DNA from: Takakia lepidozioides
Lineage: Eukaryota > Plantae > Bryophyta
Reading direction: 5' to 3'
NCBI GenBank assembly: GCA_030704615.1
Contig: CM060731.1
Coordinates: 18,786,001 to 18,850,000, forward strand
DNA: 64,000 bases
Positions 50,993 to 63,680 of this stretch are shown one piece after another (position 1 is the stretch's first letter; each line of letters opens with the position of its first letter). Below the pieces are notes generated by a model that made no database searches, was not told the origin of the DNA, and was given only the letters and a program-made list of their open reading frames with translations. The translations under genes were made by a program, and so were the position numbers.

Positions 50993-52830
50993 GTAACATT
51001 TTACGGTCCAACGACTTTGACAGTCAGGTTGGAGGAGAGTGGGCCATGATGCGAGTTGTGTACAGGTTCAATGTCATACTTGAAACTCTACTGTTATTCT
51101 GGGAAAAAATGTGGCTTCATATGGATTGCAATCTTAGATCCAGATTGAATGTCGTTCATTTGCAAAAGCATGGTGGAGGGGCGGTCGTAGGCGCAGATCC
51201 TCGGTGGAGTACCCCACAACAATGGAGGAGCTGCAGCCCTTTACAGTGTGGGTCAGATTTGCAATTGCAGTGTACGCATCAGAGAACGAGGACCCAGATG
51301 AGGGCATGGTGAGTCTGTCATTCCTCCCAGGGCTGATTGCCACTTCGTACCGGTCAATGAAAGCATATGGCAATCACTATAGAGTGGATGATGCCAACAC
51401 CAGCCTCCTGGTGACTTATGACAACGGAGTGACATCATTTTTTGAACAAGAGAGTAGGAGTTGTGCACGAGATCGGAATCCAATTTCATGCCATGTGCAA
51501 TATGTAGGAGTAATCAATGAGATCCTTAAACTAGACTATGGTCTTGTGAAGCCAATTCTATTCCGTTGTTCTTGGGTAAAAGCCAATATGGTAGGAGAGA
51601 ATGCCACCATGAAACGGGATGAGTACGGGTTCCTCCTTGTTGATTTCAGAAAAATGCTACCACAAGATGAAGAGCCATTCATTTTCCCATCGCAAGTTGA
51701 GCAAGTTTTCTTTTCAGATGACACCCATGCGCCGGGATGGAAGGTGGTTCTTCACAAGGACCCCCGGGCCAAACGAGTCGTGGCCGACGTCCATGATCTG
51801 GACCTAGGGGAGAATGCCGACCACGAGGGTCTGAGGGAACCACGAAATCTACCAGATACGGCCGAACCAGTCTCTTTGGAAGGAGCAGTTACCTTTAATG
51901 AGGAAGACATTCCAGGGTTGGTAATTACCGCAAGGCAAATTGCAGATATGGGTAGTGAAGGGGAAGATTATTTGGATACAGATAGTGAGCCCAGCTGAAT
52001 CTCAGTGTCCATTAAGCCAACAGCTCATAGACGAGAGCTATGCTAAGGACTCTTACTGTCCTTAGAACCCATTTTGTACAGTCCTGCAAGCGCGCAAGGG
52101 CGAGACAGTTGATAGTATCGATAATGTCCCGGTATGTGGTCCGTACTGTCTTGTGAACAAACATTTTTTTGTTCTGCCAATATTGTTTCTGACATGTGAG
52201 GAGAGGATCGTCTTCATGTACGGGAAGTAGACGTGAATGTGTGCATGCATTTTCTGGCCCATCTGCATGCTTTCCAGGAACAAAAACCAGTGGAATGGGG
52301 GGTGTCTCCAAAGGAGCAGGACCGAACGACACCTTTTTGTGCTTCCCTTGCTTTCTTTCTCACCGTTGTTGCATTCTCCCACCTGCCCAACAGCAGCACT
52401 CTCGAAGCAATAGCATGACATATGTTGCAACATGATCTTTCTTCACCAGTGAATGAGTTTTTTTGCTACATGTACTGCCACGTCCACATTAACGTTGATC
52501 CCTGCAAGCACTTGGCAAGACACCCCAGAGCCGCAAATCCAGCAACCACCACAAACATATCTAACTGATTGTAGTGACATGGGAATAGCTCACTTGTAGA
52601 GGAATTGAACCTCCAGCCAAATGAATGGCTCTGCCCCTTGTAGCACAAATGCGATGCAAAAACAAGGTGAGTACAAAATGAAGAAGCACTTACGAGGTCC
52701 CCATCCCTCGGATGGACTCCCACTTGTGCTCTGGAATTGTGCAGGCCTGATTAGCACCAAATTGCATGAATCCTAAGCCTGAATGTCAAATGCAGGTTTA
52801 TGTCGCGATGCAGCACGCCATCATCTTACC

Positions 52831-53415
52831 TGTAGTTTCCAGTTTCACTGGTGTCACAACTGCCTTCAAGTCAACATCAAAATTAAGTCCACCTATGCGC
52901 AAATCGCAGAATGTCTCATGACACCATCTGCCGCCGCTGGTTTGGCATGATATGATTGTAGTTCACAACCTTAATGAACGCTTTCAGCCTTGACCTCTTT
53001 GCAATCTTCTTCTGTGACTGCTTCTTCATAATTTATGAAAGGGTAAAGCAGCTACACATCAAATTCTTGCAAGTATAGGGGGGTACTCAGGCCTCATTGG
53101 GAGAAAGAGTGCCATAAACACAGACACATCCTTAAATGTAAAAATTGGAGAAGCGAACGTCTGGTGGCAATAACTGCCTAAACCAGAATTATACTCCATT
53201 CCAGCGCACATGTAAAGAGTCGGATGATAACTCGGAATCCCAATTGGAGATAATGAGACGAATACATGACTATCTTGCGAGTTTCAACTTTCTTGGAGGT
53301 AGTTTCCAGTTTCTCTGGTGTCACAACTGTCTTCAGCCTTGACGTCTTTGCGATCTTCTTCTGTGACGCCTTCTGCATAACTTGTGAAATGGAAAAGCAG
53401 CTACACATCAAATTA
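52831..53415. repeat. Local duplication in the right arm of the CACTA
   Basis: gtagtttccagtttc.ctggtgtcacaactg.cttca occurs at ~52832 and ~53299. cagccttgac.tctttgc.atcttcttctgtgac...aaagcagctacacatcaaatt occurs at ~52985 and ~53334. Confidence 0.75.
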
Positions 53416-54197
53416 TTGCGATGCCACTCAATGACACTATGAACGTTTCGAGCATGCTGTCAGAAAACTAGACGGGCAAAAACCCAATTCAGCAGCCTCA
53501 CCTTGCGTGGATACTTGGGAATTGATGCCAGAAGGGCATGCCCGTATGCGCGCTCCATCGTGCCTCCATCCAGCACATTATATAAATGTTGAATGACCAA
53601 GACCCCGATGTCACACCGTTTTGAGAAGCCACTACGCGCGCTCACAGTATACGAAGGCCTTGCCGTGTCAGGATTTGCATTCCCACGTCCTACCATGTCC
53701 GACGCAGCACTTGCATCCTTGTCTCTGCCAGGTGGAGGCAGCACGTATTAAAATATCTATTCCCCCAAGGCCACATTTTGTTTACCTCTTTTTGTGAAAG
53801 CCACGTCAGCAAATGTGCTGCCGAGTCATGGGTGCAATGAATGCGCAGTGGTTCATGGAGTCGTTGAGTCGACTACATATTCACTTTAATGAATAAATAT
53901 CTTTATTCCATTAATCGAATTAGGAAAGAAAATTTGTAGTCGCATGTGCAGTAATTACAACCACTTGTAATTTTGGCTTTTTCAAATTTTATGTATTTAC
54001 GCAATTCGTAAAATAGCCTGGAATTCTGCTACGACTCCGGAGTCGTTGACCCCACTTCTGTCTGCCGTCTGAAATGCCCCCGTGGGCCCACATTGTCTGT
54101 TTCGACTCTCCAGTAGTCCCGTTTACTACCAAGTGGTTCCCGGAGTGGTCACGGACATGCAGTCGAATCGGAAAAGACACGAATGCTTCTAGTGCAA

Positions 54198-54680
54198 AGA
54201 TCCTCCAAATACTCCTCCAAGGGCCCTCAAATATCTTCCAAACAATCCTCTAAAGGCCCTTAAATTTCACTAAGTCCTTTCATTGTTGATACCTTAACAG
54301 AGATATAGTTTGAGGTTGCTAGGGTCCCTTATGTTGATGATACTTTTACAGAGGTATAGTCTGAAAATGAGGGTTCTGTTTGGTATACTAACAGAGGTAT
54401 AGTCTGAGCTGATTAGGGTCAACATATGGTCAACAGAGGTATAGTAAAAGGGACAAGCTCTTGTTTGGTATACTAACAGAGGTATAGTCTGAGCTGATTA
54501 GGGTTCACATATGGTGATACCTCAATAGAGGTATAGTAAAATGGACAAGCTCATGTTTGGTATACTAACAGAGGTATAGTCTCACATTAGGGTTCACATA
54601 TGGTGATACCTCAACAGAGGTATAGTCAAAGGGACAAGCTCCTGTTTGGTATACTAACAGAGGTATAGTCTGAGCATACA
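54198..54680 (-). repeat. U3 portion of the putative 5' LTR with ~85-92-bp tandem repeats
   Basis: gtttggtatactaacagaggtatagtct occurs at 54378, 54463, 54555 and 54644. The array ends in GCATACA at 54680. Confidence 0.7.
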
Positions 54681-57089
54681 CTACTAGGGTTTGTAATGAA
54701 GAGCTAGAATGCAAGTCCTTGACTTCTATGCTTCTACTCAAGCAAAAATATGGTCTCTAGGTGGTCATAAGAGGCATCTTCTTGCTCTCTTCCACCCCAA
54801 TGTGCAACCAAGAGTGGTCCAACTCAACTTGCAAGTCATTGTCCACCAAATCAATCCCCCTTCTAGTCCTTGGGATTTGATTGCAAACTACCATATCTCC
54901 ATTGCCGAGCAATCATGCATTTGTCTCCTCATCACTTAACAATTGCTCCAAATCAACACAAATTATCTCAATGTGTAGGAGCAATGTTTGTCACTTACAA
55001 TAATGCTCCCAAGCAATCCGCCTTGGATCCCACTCTCACGCCATATGCCTCATTTGGGGTCTTGCACCAATCCATCATCCATGTGCTCCCCGTGGTCATT
55101 TGAATGCATGTTTCATGACCTCTTGGCCTATGTGTTGCTCTCCTTCATCATAACATGAATCAACACCTCTCCACTTCACACACAAATGGATCTCAAAGGC
55201 CTTCACCTCTTGCTAGTTCAAGAGCTCCCCTTCTCAAACTTGAACTTACTAACTCAAGCGAGCATGCTCCACACATGCATCACTTGCTTGGTCAACTATC
55301 CACCACAAAGCTCGCACTACCAAGAGCATGAATAGCCAAGTATTGCCTCCCCCTCTTGTCACATTACATAGTTAGGGTGAAGCTATGCATACATTGAATG
55401 ATGATTTCCCTTCAAGGATTTCCCACCACATGTTCTCCAAGCCCTTCCAATGGCACCCTAAGCTTGGCTCCACACCACCATGATTGGAAGATTTCTTCAC
55501 ATGCTCCCTTTCAAAACCTCTTGAGCTTCTTAGTGCTCTCCAAGTGCTTGCCCTTGTTGTCTTCAAGCCCAAAGCTCCTTGGCTTCTCTTCCACAACATC
55601 CACACTTTGAACTTGCTTAACCCTAGCTTGATAGTGAAATGAGCACTAACAAGCCTTTAGTCACTCTCCACAAGCCATGGCGCACACCATCGACTCCATA
55701 ATGCATACAAAGGATTCTCAAACCCTAGAATCCATGCTTCCACACACACAAGACTTCCTCCTTACAATCCTTGCAAAATCTTGTGACTCAAGAGCTTTCT
55801 TCTCAAGCTCTCCAACTCCTTGGTGCATGCAATACTCGAGCACCTTTCCTTGCAACCCCTTGCAAGCCTTGTGATACAAGAGCTAAATTCTCCTAGCTCT
55901 CAACATCTTTAAAATACAAGTGCAAAACTAATCCTTACACTCCGCACTCACAAGCATAAGGTGATTTTCTTGTAGTGATAAGAGATGAGAAATGAGAGAA
56001 GTAGAAGACAATGAAAGCTCTCAAAGCATGAAGCAATCACATGAAGAACAAGCCATAGTCCTTCCAAGTGAAATCCACTCTATCACATAAACTAAGTCAA
56101 GCCAATGGCACATTTGCTAAAGGAATCCACCCTACAAAGCCCTCAACACACTCCTTCTCAATACCTAGAGCTATGGAGGTGAGAGAAGCTCATGGAGGCT
56201 CAACTACAAGAAGATGAGTCTCCTCAACACTCACAAGGGGAAAACCTATCTCCATGTCTCAAGTGAGGCTCGACACCTCACTTGGCATGTGAGACCAAAT
56301 GAAGTCCCAACACACAAAATATAAATATAAATATCTAAAATGTCCTAGTTAACTAGAAGTAGGTAATTCTAGATAACCATGACTAAAACCATGACAATGA
56401 TCACCAAATGCAACAACACACCTCTTATAATGTGCATAGTGTTTGTCATTGCCACCAACATGAGAATTCACCCCACTCTTGATGAGTGCAGCTAGATATA
56501 CTACGAGGAAGTGAGCAAGATCCAAAAAGGAGAGACGGAGAGCTACAAAAACTAATGAGCAACAAAGATCACTTCTTTGTGAGCATGATCTAGAGAGAGA
56601 GCTATCAAACTATATCTGAGCAACAAAGACCACGAGGAAGGAAGATCAAGGATGAAGCGTGAAATAGAATAGAAAATTGCATCCTTATATAGAGTTTGCT
56701 TAGTGCTTTTTCTTCTCTTTTGCACATCAAATTAGCTTTTCTAAAAAGTATGACACAACCATACTAGCAACTTAGTTGAAAAAGTTATCATTTCAATACA
56801 GAAAAAGATCATATCAATAGAATATTGTTTTTTTAACGAATTAATAAAAAGACCAAAAAGATTTTTTTTGACAACATAGTTAAAAGTACTGCTGCTTCTA
56901 TAAATAGGTCCCAAAAAAAAAACAAAAAAGGCTGAATTGCTAGAAAAGGTAGATCAGATCCAATGAATAATATAATGCTCAATTAAATATATTATCACAA
57001 ATTTTCGGAAAACACAATTGGAAAGTCATCCATCCATGCATCGCTTTCATCCGATCGATGGAAGAGAACATTGGAACATGGTAAATAAC

Positions 57090-57113
57090 AATAATAATAA
57101 TAATAATAATAAT
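57090..57113. repeat. (AAT)8 microsatellite upstream of PBB
   Basis: Read directly from the sequence. Confidence 0.9.
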
Positions 57114-57202
57114 AACGTGCATAGAATTAGGGCAATTCACATCTGTCTTCGGTTTTGTCTTCGTCTATCTCTCTTTCTCCGATCGATACCACACTGCACG
57201 CC

Positions 57203-59952
57203 ATGGCAAAGGGACCCATCGATTTGCCTCCAAAGGGAGGGTTCTCTTTCGATCTGTGCCGCCGGAATGCTCTTCTGCAGAATCAAGGTGCTAAAATGCC
57301 TAAATTTCGCAAAACTGGCACGACAATTGTCGGCCTCATCTTCAAGGTGTGTGTGTGTCTCTCTCTCTCGTACTATATGTGTGTTCCAAGGCTTGTGTGT
57401 TGGGTTTTGGCTGTTGGATCCTGCAGAAAGAGGATTCACTTTTTAGGGCGTTGACGGGGGCTATTGTACAGGATGGAGTGATCCTGGGAGCAGATACACG
57501 AGCAACAGAAGGAGACATAGTGTGTGACAAGAATTGTGAAAAAATTCATTATCTCGCACCAAACATTTCCTGCTGTGGTGCCGGAACTGCGGCTGATACT
57601 GAGAATGTCACAGGTAGTTTTGGCTTTCAGTTTTGGTTCTTGTCGACTTTTGTCGCAGTGTTCGTCGATCTCTGCCAACCCGCCTTGCCTCCCCTTTAGT
57701 GGCAGCCATAGGAGAGAGAAACTGATGTTTTGACTTGAACAGATATGGTGAGCTCACAGCTCCAGTTACATCGGTACGCAACAAGTCGCGAGTCACGTGT
57801 CGTAACAGCACTTACCATGCTGAAGTCTCATCTTTTCGGGTGCCTCTCTCCTCTCTTCCTTATTTTCTGTTGATGTCACTCTTATGGCAGTTTAGGGTCT
57901 CACTTCAGTTATATGTGTAATTTATCTCAACAATCGGAAGATGTTGTTGACAGATTTCAGAGTGTTCAATTTAGGGAAAAGTGTTCTTGGAGTGGATGAG
58001 GTGTAAGCAGGATGCTCTTAGCTGCCAACATTTATCCTCTGATGAAGATCTGCATGTTGTGTTAGACTTTAAAGTTTTCTGGAGCTTGCAAACAGTCTGC
58101 ATGTGAGAGTAGTTTGGGTTAGGTAGCCTAGTCTGCTTGGCATGAGTGAACAGACTGTTCTGTCCCAGTGACCGCCCTGTTTATAGGGTTGAACTGATGA
58201 GAAAGGGTTCCATCCCCCTTCACCTTAATCAACCCACAATTTAATTAGATAACCACTGTCAGGTCAGTAGAAGCATGTCCAATATTCATCACTCTGTTGT
58301 TAAACATTTGGATTCCTACATACTCTGATGATGAATGAGTTTGGATGGGGTTAGGTACCAAGGTCAGGTCAGTGCGGCACTCGTACTTGGTGGAGTTGAT
58401 GTGACTGGACCACACTTGCATGCGGTGAGTTCTTCATGCGTATGTGTTTGTGTGCTCTCTGCCTTTCTCTCCCTTGATCTATACGTTCATGCACTATGTC
58501 AAATCCTCCGGATCATGGGCAGGGTTTCACGAGTCTTGGGTTGGAAAGTAGAGCAATTACAAATCTTGGGAAGGATGTATGACACATTTTATAGTTTGCC
58601 ATTCAGAAAACAGAAAAGGTTGGCAGCACGGGGCCAATCCAAGTCAAGAGGAATCTCAAGTTTAGACTCGGCTGAGATTCTTGGCACCCCTATGTGTGTT
58701 TTGTTTGCCTGATAAAGATCATGGTGATGATTTGGTTGGTGAGTTGGTTATATGGCAGGTTTACCCTCATGGATCAACAGACACCCTACCATTTGCCACC
58801 ATGGGTTCAGGTTCACTGGCTGCCATGGCCATTTTTGAGTCCAGATTCAAGGAGGACATGACAGTATGTCCCTGTTCATCACCCCCTTGGGACCCTTCTA
58901 ATCCCTGAGTGTGCATAATTGTCGTGCCATGTTTGTATCTCACTTCATCTTTTCTTGCACACATTCTATGTGTCTTTGTATGTGTTGACACTTTCCTTTA
59001 TTGCTAAAATGTCACTTAAGATGCTCATGTGAGCTCTTGGTGGGCCTCCTAGATTTTTCAAAACTTTAGGCATCTCACAGCTCTTTCAGGGGGTTTGAGT
59101 GTTGTGTTTGTGATCCAAGGCTATTCCAGGGCTGAACTGAACCTGTAGTCAGTGACAGAAAGAGCACACACAGCTAGAAATGTGCATTGCCTGTCATGCC
59201 TTGGAAAGGTGCTTGACAAACAGGCAGATGACATAAAAGACTACAAGTCTTGTCCTCACTTTAGCTGGTTAGGTGAGAGCATATATTAAATCGTGCAGTA
59301 GGTGGTTTGTAAATTGTTCCCTCTTGTGTGACCTTTCATGCTTGCAGAAAGAGGAAGGAATGGATTTGGTGTCTGCTGCAATTTGCGCGGGTATCTTCAA
59401 TGACCTCGGCAGTGGTAGCAATGTGGATCTGTGTATCATCACTAAGGTAAAAGTCTGCCAAGCGGATGTCAGGCTAAACAGGTGTATCATTTGAGTCTCA
59501 TGTTTCCTCTGTTTGTTAATTTTCTCTTGGTGTTAGGGTTTTTGTTTTTGCTGTTAGATAATTTTCTTGTTCTGCAGGGTGGGAAGGAATATCTACGGAA
59601 CTACCAAAAACCCAACCCCCGCAGCTACACACGTTCCAAAGGCTACGACTTTAAAGTTGGCCACACACGTAAGGCTACTCTCCTTTTCCCACTTTTCAGT
59701 ATCATTTGAAGGAGCCCAGACCATGGCTAGCTTTGTGGGCTAGCTCATTACTGGGTCCTAGTTCTGAGTGTTATGTGTGATTCTTGTCAGGCATAATCTG
59801 TTCAAGTGTAGAGTACGTTATGTTATGACACAATTCAGTGGGAACCCCCTCACCTTGCTTCTGTTTGCTTGATGCCAGCAATTCTTTCGACGAAGATCGT
59901 GTCCCTACGGGAACAGGTTCAGGTGATTGAAGGAGATGCCATGGAAGAGTAG
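57203..59952 (+). CDS. PBB: 20S proteasome subunit beta-2 (beta type-7)
   Basis: Eight exons. Propeptide [14 protein letters not shown]|TTIVG with the catalytic Thr; motifs [53 protein letters not shown]; ends EGDAMEE*. Confidence 0.97.
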
Positions 59953-61199
59953 CCGAAGGTTGGCTTGCTTATGCCACTCTGCTGTTGCCCTCAGTCACCA
60001 ACATCAGTTCACAGAATTGCATTACTCTTACTTAATACATCAATTTTGTGTATTGGAATGAGACCTACTTAAGCTCAGGTAATTGAGCAGGCTTGTTAAG
60101 CTCAATCAATTTTAGAGGTCAGTTTTCAGCATCACAATGTCTGTCAGGAGTGGTCACTTCGCAAATAGCAGTGTTCATTGTTATTCCCAGCATGCCCAAA
60201 TGTAGTGGCAGACCATCATAGTGTATACCCACACGCCAGTCTGCTTTCAGTTTGGGTAGCTAACTGGGATTGGAATTTACAAAAGTAGCATCTGCTTATG
60301 TGCACTGGACATTTGGTAGTAAATCTGTGTTTGGCTGGCTAAAGTTTTATTAGTTTCTCTGCTATACTAATCAAACACACACGATGATGAATGGATGCTC
60401 TGCCAGTCAGACCGGGCTGTAGCTTGGCATGACAATCCATGGAGCCAAGATTTGCCATCTCTGCATGGAATCAATGTTTCCATTTTGGTGAGGCATAATG
60501 ATACTCTCCCCGCATGCAGTAGTCACAAAGCTTATAACGAGTGGAGAGCTTAGGCTTTGCAAGGTGAGTGACAACCAGTGCACACCTATAGACTGTGATA
60601 AAATATGTGAAGGAGATGTGATTGTGCCGCTTCAACTCCAGCACTTCACTGCCCATACCCGGCATAAAGCCATGCTTACTATAAGTTATGTTTCTTGCAC
60701 TGGGTTTCCAAGTGCATTGACCAAAAACTATCTTGCACTTCTCTATCCCTCGCTGCCGGAGATGGCGATTGGCTCTCGAGCAGTCTGCATACATCGTTCT
60801 GTAGGAGGGATTGATTGGTGCTGAGCGCACATGTGGACTGTCACATGATGCTGCAGATGAAGGGGCTTGGCTGAGGAGCTGAAATCAGCATCCCCCTTGG
60901 AAATGCGCATTGCCAAGGACGGAGTTCCTTGCGAGTTGTGACTATGGCGCCTCCCACAGCTGCATGCCTCTGAAATTAGGTGATAGAGCGAAACACATTA
61001 GCAGTTTCGTTTGTTGGGGTTGCTGTGTTGTATGGCCTTTCAGCTACCCAGCTGAAGTCAATCTACTGGACGAAGAAGCAAGAATGCACGCAGAATAGTC
61101 ACAGACAGCCAGTGATTGATATATGTGACATGTAGGTCAACGCTGGACCATGGGACAGCGCTGGCAGGAGTTCTGTAAAGATCCTTCACAATGGTGGTA

Positions 61200-61368
61200 T
61201 GGTGACCTCATGCAAGCCGGAATTGTACCAGTGTCATTCTGAATACTACCCTGGTGGACATGTATGCCAAGTGTGGGAGCATCCAGGATGCGAAGAAAGT
61301 GTTTGACAATGTGGCTGAACGAAATGTGGTGTCACGGAATGATGATCGCAGGACATGCCCAGCATGGT
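61200..61368 (+). pseudogene. Isolated PLS-PPR remnant
   Basis: Frameshifted GDLMQAGIVP/VILNTTLVDMYAKCGSIQDAKKVFDNVAERNVVS/MIAGHAQHG. Confidence 0.75.
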
Positions 61369-61570
61369 CCCAACTCTCTCTTTCTCACAACTGAGTACAA
61401 AACAGCCTTCATATTGTTGGGTTGTTCCCTAAACCATATGCACAAAGATATATACAAAATAGTGACACAGGCTGCTAGACTGGGCTGGTTCCAACTGGTC
61501 TGGGTGCTCATCCTACTACCAATGCTTGGCATTTGCTGATTCCCAATTGGGAGTTCTGCAAAGGTTTTCC

Positions 61571-63680
61571 TCAGCCCTCTTCAATCTGACACACCTGGCC
61601 CTGGTTATCCTCTCCAAGCTTGTCAACCCTGGGGCCAGCAATAAATATACCATGGGACCCTTCTGTACTTGAAAAGTGCTGTGCTGTCTGAGGCTTTGAC
61701 TCCTGAATCATCGAGTCAGGAGAATTCGACCTCATTGGCTTCCCTTGTGAGGAGACCTGAGACACTTCCCCATTGGTCTTTGTGTCCATCACAGTCATCA
61801 ATGGAGTCGTTATGGCCCTTTCAGGGGCTGCCAGGATTCCACTGCTCAACCTTGCAGGGACCCCTATTTCGTCCATTAGAGCTGGCTTTGTCACCTTTAC
61901 CTCAGTGGGGCATAGAGCTGAACCAGTCACAGAGGCTAGAACAGGAATAGGCTTAAAGACTGTGTTGGGAGGAGCTTCATTTTCACCTATCCACCCAGGC
62001 CCAAAAGGTACAAATGGTGCCAAAACTCTCTGCATCTTTCCTGCTGCACATTTCCAGGCCCTGGGACCCAAACTCACAGCAAAAAGAGCCAGGCTTTTTG
62101 CATATGGCTGCTCTGTATGATATCCTGTCTGCAACGAGAGAACATCAACAGATTCAGGCATAGTGATTACTCTCCGCAGAATTGTATTCCAATAAACACC
62201 TAGCATTATTACCAAATCAGAATATCCTTGCAGAATATTGGCTCATTCTAATATTGAAACCATGCAACCCCCACCTATGAAGAGGACTCAGGCCCTGTGG
62301 ACAGCAACCCTCCCTGAGGAGGTCAGGCACTTTTGGCCCACCAGTGACTATGAGACAGCCCAAATACCTCGGTGGTCATGCACTGTGTGACAGAAATTGA
62401 GTGTTGATCACCGAGCTGGCCTTGACATCAAACTACAAAGAATAAGGTTTATCCAGCATCTTGCACTCAATCTTCTTGCAAAAGACGTGACCTGTGTGGC
62501 TGCGATTATACAGCCATTTACACTTCTGATAAAGAGCAGTAAGGTCCGTCACTCTTCCCTAGTGTTTCTGCAGCTGCTTATGCTATCAGGATTTCCACCT
62601 GTCTGGGTGTCTGCCAATACCATCCAAAGAGAGGGCTGGGAGAGAGGTGGAGTGGTATCATCAAACCAGGATTCACCAACAAAATACCCCATCCTGAGCA
62701 GCAGTTCACTGAAATTTGACTACCTTCCCACAAAATGAGAAGAGTACATCGTCAAGTCATTGCAAGCTCAAGCTTACCGGCACAAGATGATGGAACTCTC
62801 CACTGACTCCAGCAAGCAGTGGGCCACGGCCATGGGCTGGAAGATTGCGTGGTTTGTAAGAGCTCCTGTGGTACTCCTGAGTCGACAATGGCTTACGTGG
62901 GTCCTTCAGTGGAGCTGCCTTTGGTACTGCCCCTGCAACAGAAAAATAGGTACCGTACATGATCCACCTACCGTGCACACAACTGAACCACACCATTACA
63001 TAGAAATGGTATGTAAAGATCCGTGTCAAGTAATAAGGGTAACATTGTTAAGTTTTCAAACAACAAGGAGGGTACGACTTGTGGCTCCTTATCCCCAGAA
63101 TCCCAAGTACTGCTTCTCTAGCCTTCCAACTTGTCTGGGGGAAGTGATGAGAAAATGAGCACTATGATTCAAAAATGTAAATCACCAACGGGGCCCACCC
63201 CCAAAGGGGGCAGTAGCCGTGAGGTGAAGTGGCTTTACTTACGCTGGTTTCGGCCGGAGTCGTCTCTCTAATTCAGCAACAGCAACAGAAAGGTCAAAAC
63301 TCACGAAATGCCTGTTGTGAATCAGTGCGAAGGCCTTTGGATTTGAAGCCACCACCACCACTTGCTGCTGGCACACTCCAAACTGCTTCTGAGTCCCCAC
63401 CCAAATTGCCCAACCGCACCGAAGCAGTCCCTTTCTTGGCACGGCTGACTTCAGCCTTGTTTAACAAGGCTACTTTGTCAGGGTCTGAATCTAAAGTGGC
63501 GCCCGAGGCAAAATCGGAATTTGCGAGCTCAAGTGATGTTTTGACAGTAGCAGCATTCTTTGAAGCTTTCTTCAAATAAGGCAGTTTTTTGTTCGACGTA
63601 TGTTTGCCACTATCTGGCCCTCCTTTCTGTGATACAATTACATCCAATGCCTTGCGAGCTGCATCTTGAATGGACCGTGC
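61571..63680 (-). CDS. Bromodomain protein, BRD1/2/13-like (SWI/SNF-associated), 3' exons only; 5' part lies beyond the window
   Basis: Phase-consistent exons 63680-63305 (ARSIQDAARK, end of bromodomain; DFASGATL), 62932-62778, and 62128-61571 (YAKSLALFAVSLGPRAWK...FGPGWIGENEAP, the conserved C-terminal motif of this family). Confidence 0.85.

Larger units (their letters stand above)
43553..51000. mobile_element. Mutator-like element nested in a TnpD intron; right end not found
   Basis: TnpD coding breaks at ~43480 and resumes at ~51140. The gap holds a repeat/palindrome-rich left terminus (43580-43770), a MULE-type transposase, and a divergent second gene. Boundaries are approximate. Confidence 0.75.
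40611..51998 (+). pseudogene. CACTA TnpD/Tnp2 transposase (transposase-associated domain, Transposase_21, DUF4218, DUF4216), interrupted by a MULE
   Basis: MSCPCERC..THLLHH; KIHACP, LRHFPLIPRL, DPRNVRLAVSTD, YLQPLIEEL, HDFPAYG, MHCEKN, MKSHDLH, FFDVMTHL, RWMYPMERY, PEGSMAEGY (40611-43480). DUF4216 exon YVGVINEIL.LDY...LFRCSW...EPFIFPSQVEQVFF (~51140-51998). Stops at 41121 and 43335, plus frameshifts. Confidence 0.93.
31737..54194. mobile_element. CACTA (En/Spm) DNA transposon, 22,458 bp including nested insertions
   Basis: 19-bp TIRs: TACTAGAAGCATTCGTGTC (31737, first C->T) and GACACGAATGCTTCTAGTG (ends 54194). TSD CAA at 31734-31736 and 54195-54197. Contains TnpD- and TnpA-like genes. Confidence 0.95.
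23815..54680 (-). mobile_element. Truncated LTR retrotransposon (Ty3/Gypsy-like gag-pro), host of two nested DNA transposons
   Basis: gag-pro on the minus strand. The leader is continuous across the 26228-31126 insertion, and the putative 5' LTR (31354-31736 + 54198-54680, TGTA...TACA) is continuous across the CACTA. RT, RNase H, integrase and the 3' LTR are absent. Confidence 0.7.

Noticed and set aside
51040-51062. Possible right TIR of the MULE (ggcc..atg..ttgtg)
   Set aside because: The match to the left end is too weak and there is no TSD.
50993-51312. Chimeric splice from the ParB-like gene into the TnpD DUF4216 exon
   Set aside because: The phase-1 donor at 50993 joined to either nearby acceptor (~51138 or ~51144) hits a stop almost immediately.
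52012-53744. Additional minus-strand CACTA cargo gene
   Set aside because: The ORF pieces and splice-like signals could not be joined into a credible model. Only the local duplication is reported.
54290-54675. AACAGAGGTATAGT repeats as a CRISPR-like array
   Set aside because: The spacers are themselves repeated, the context is eukaryotic, and there are no cas genes. Better explained as LTR U3 tandem repeats.
54681-57000. CpG-poor, strand-biased region as an old transposon or decayed gene
   Set aside because: No termini or protein motifs could be identified.
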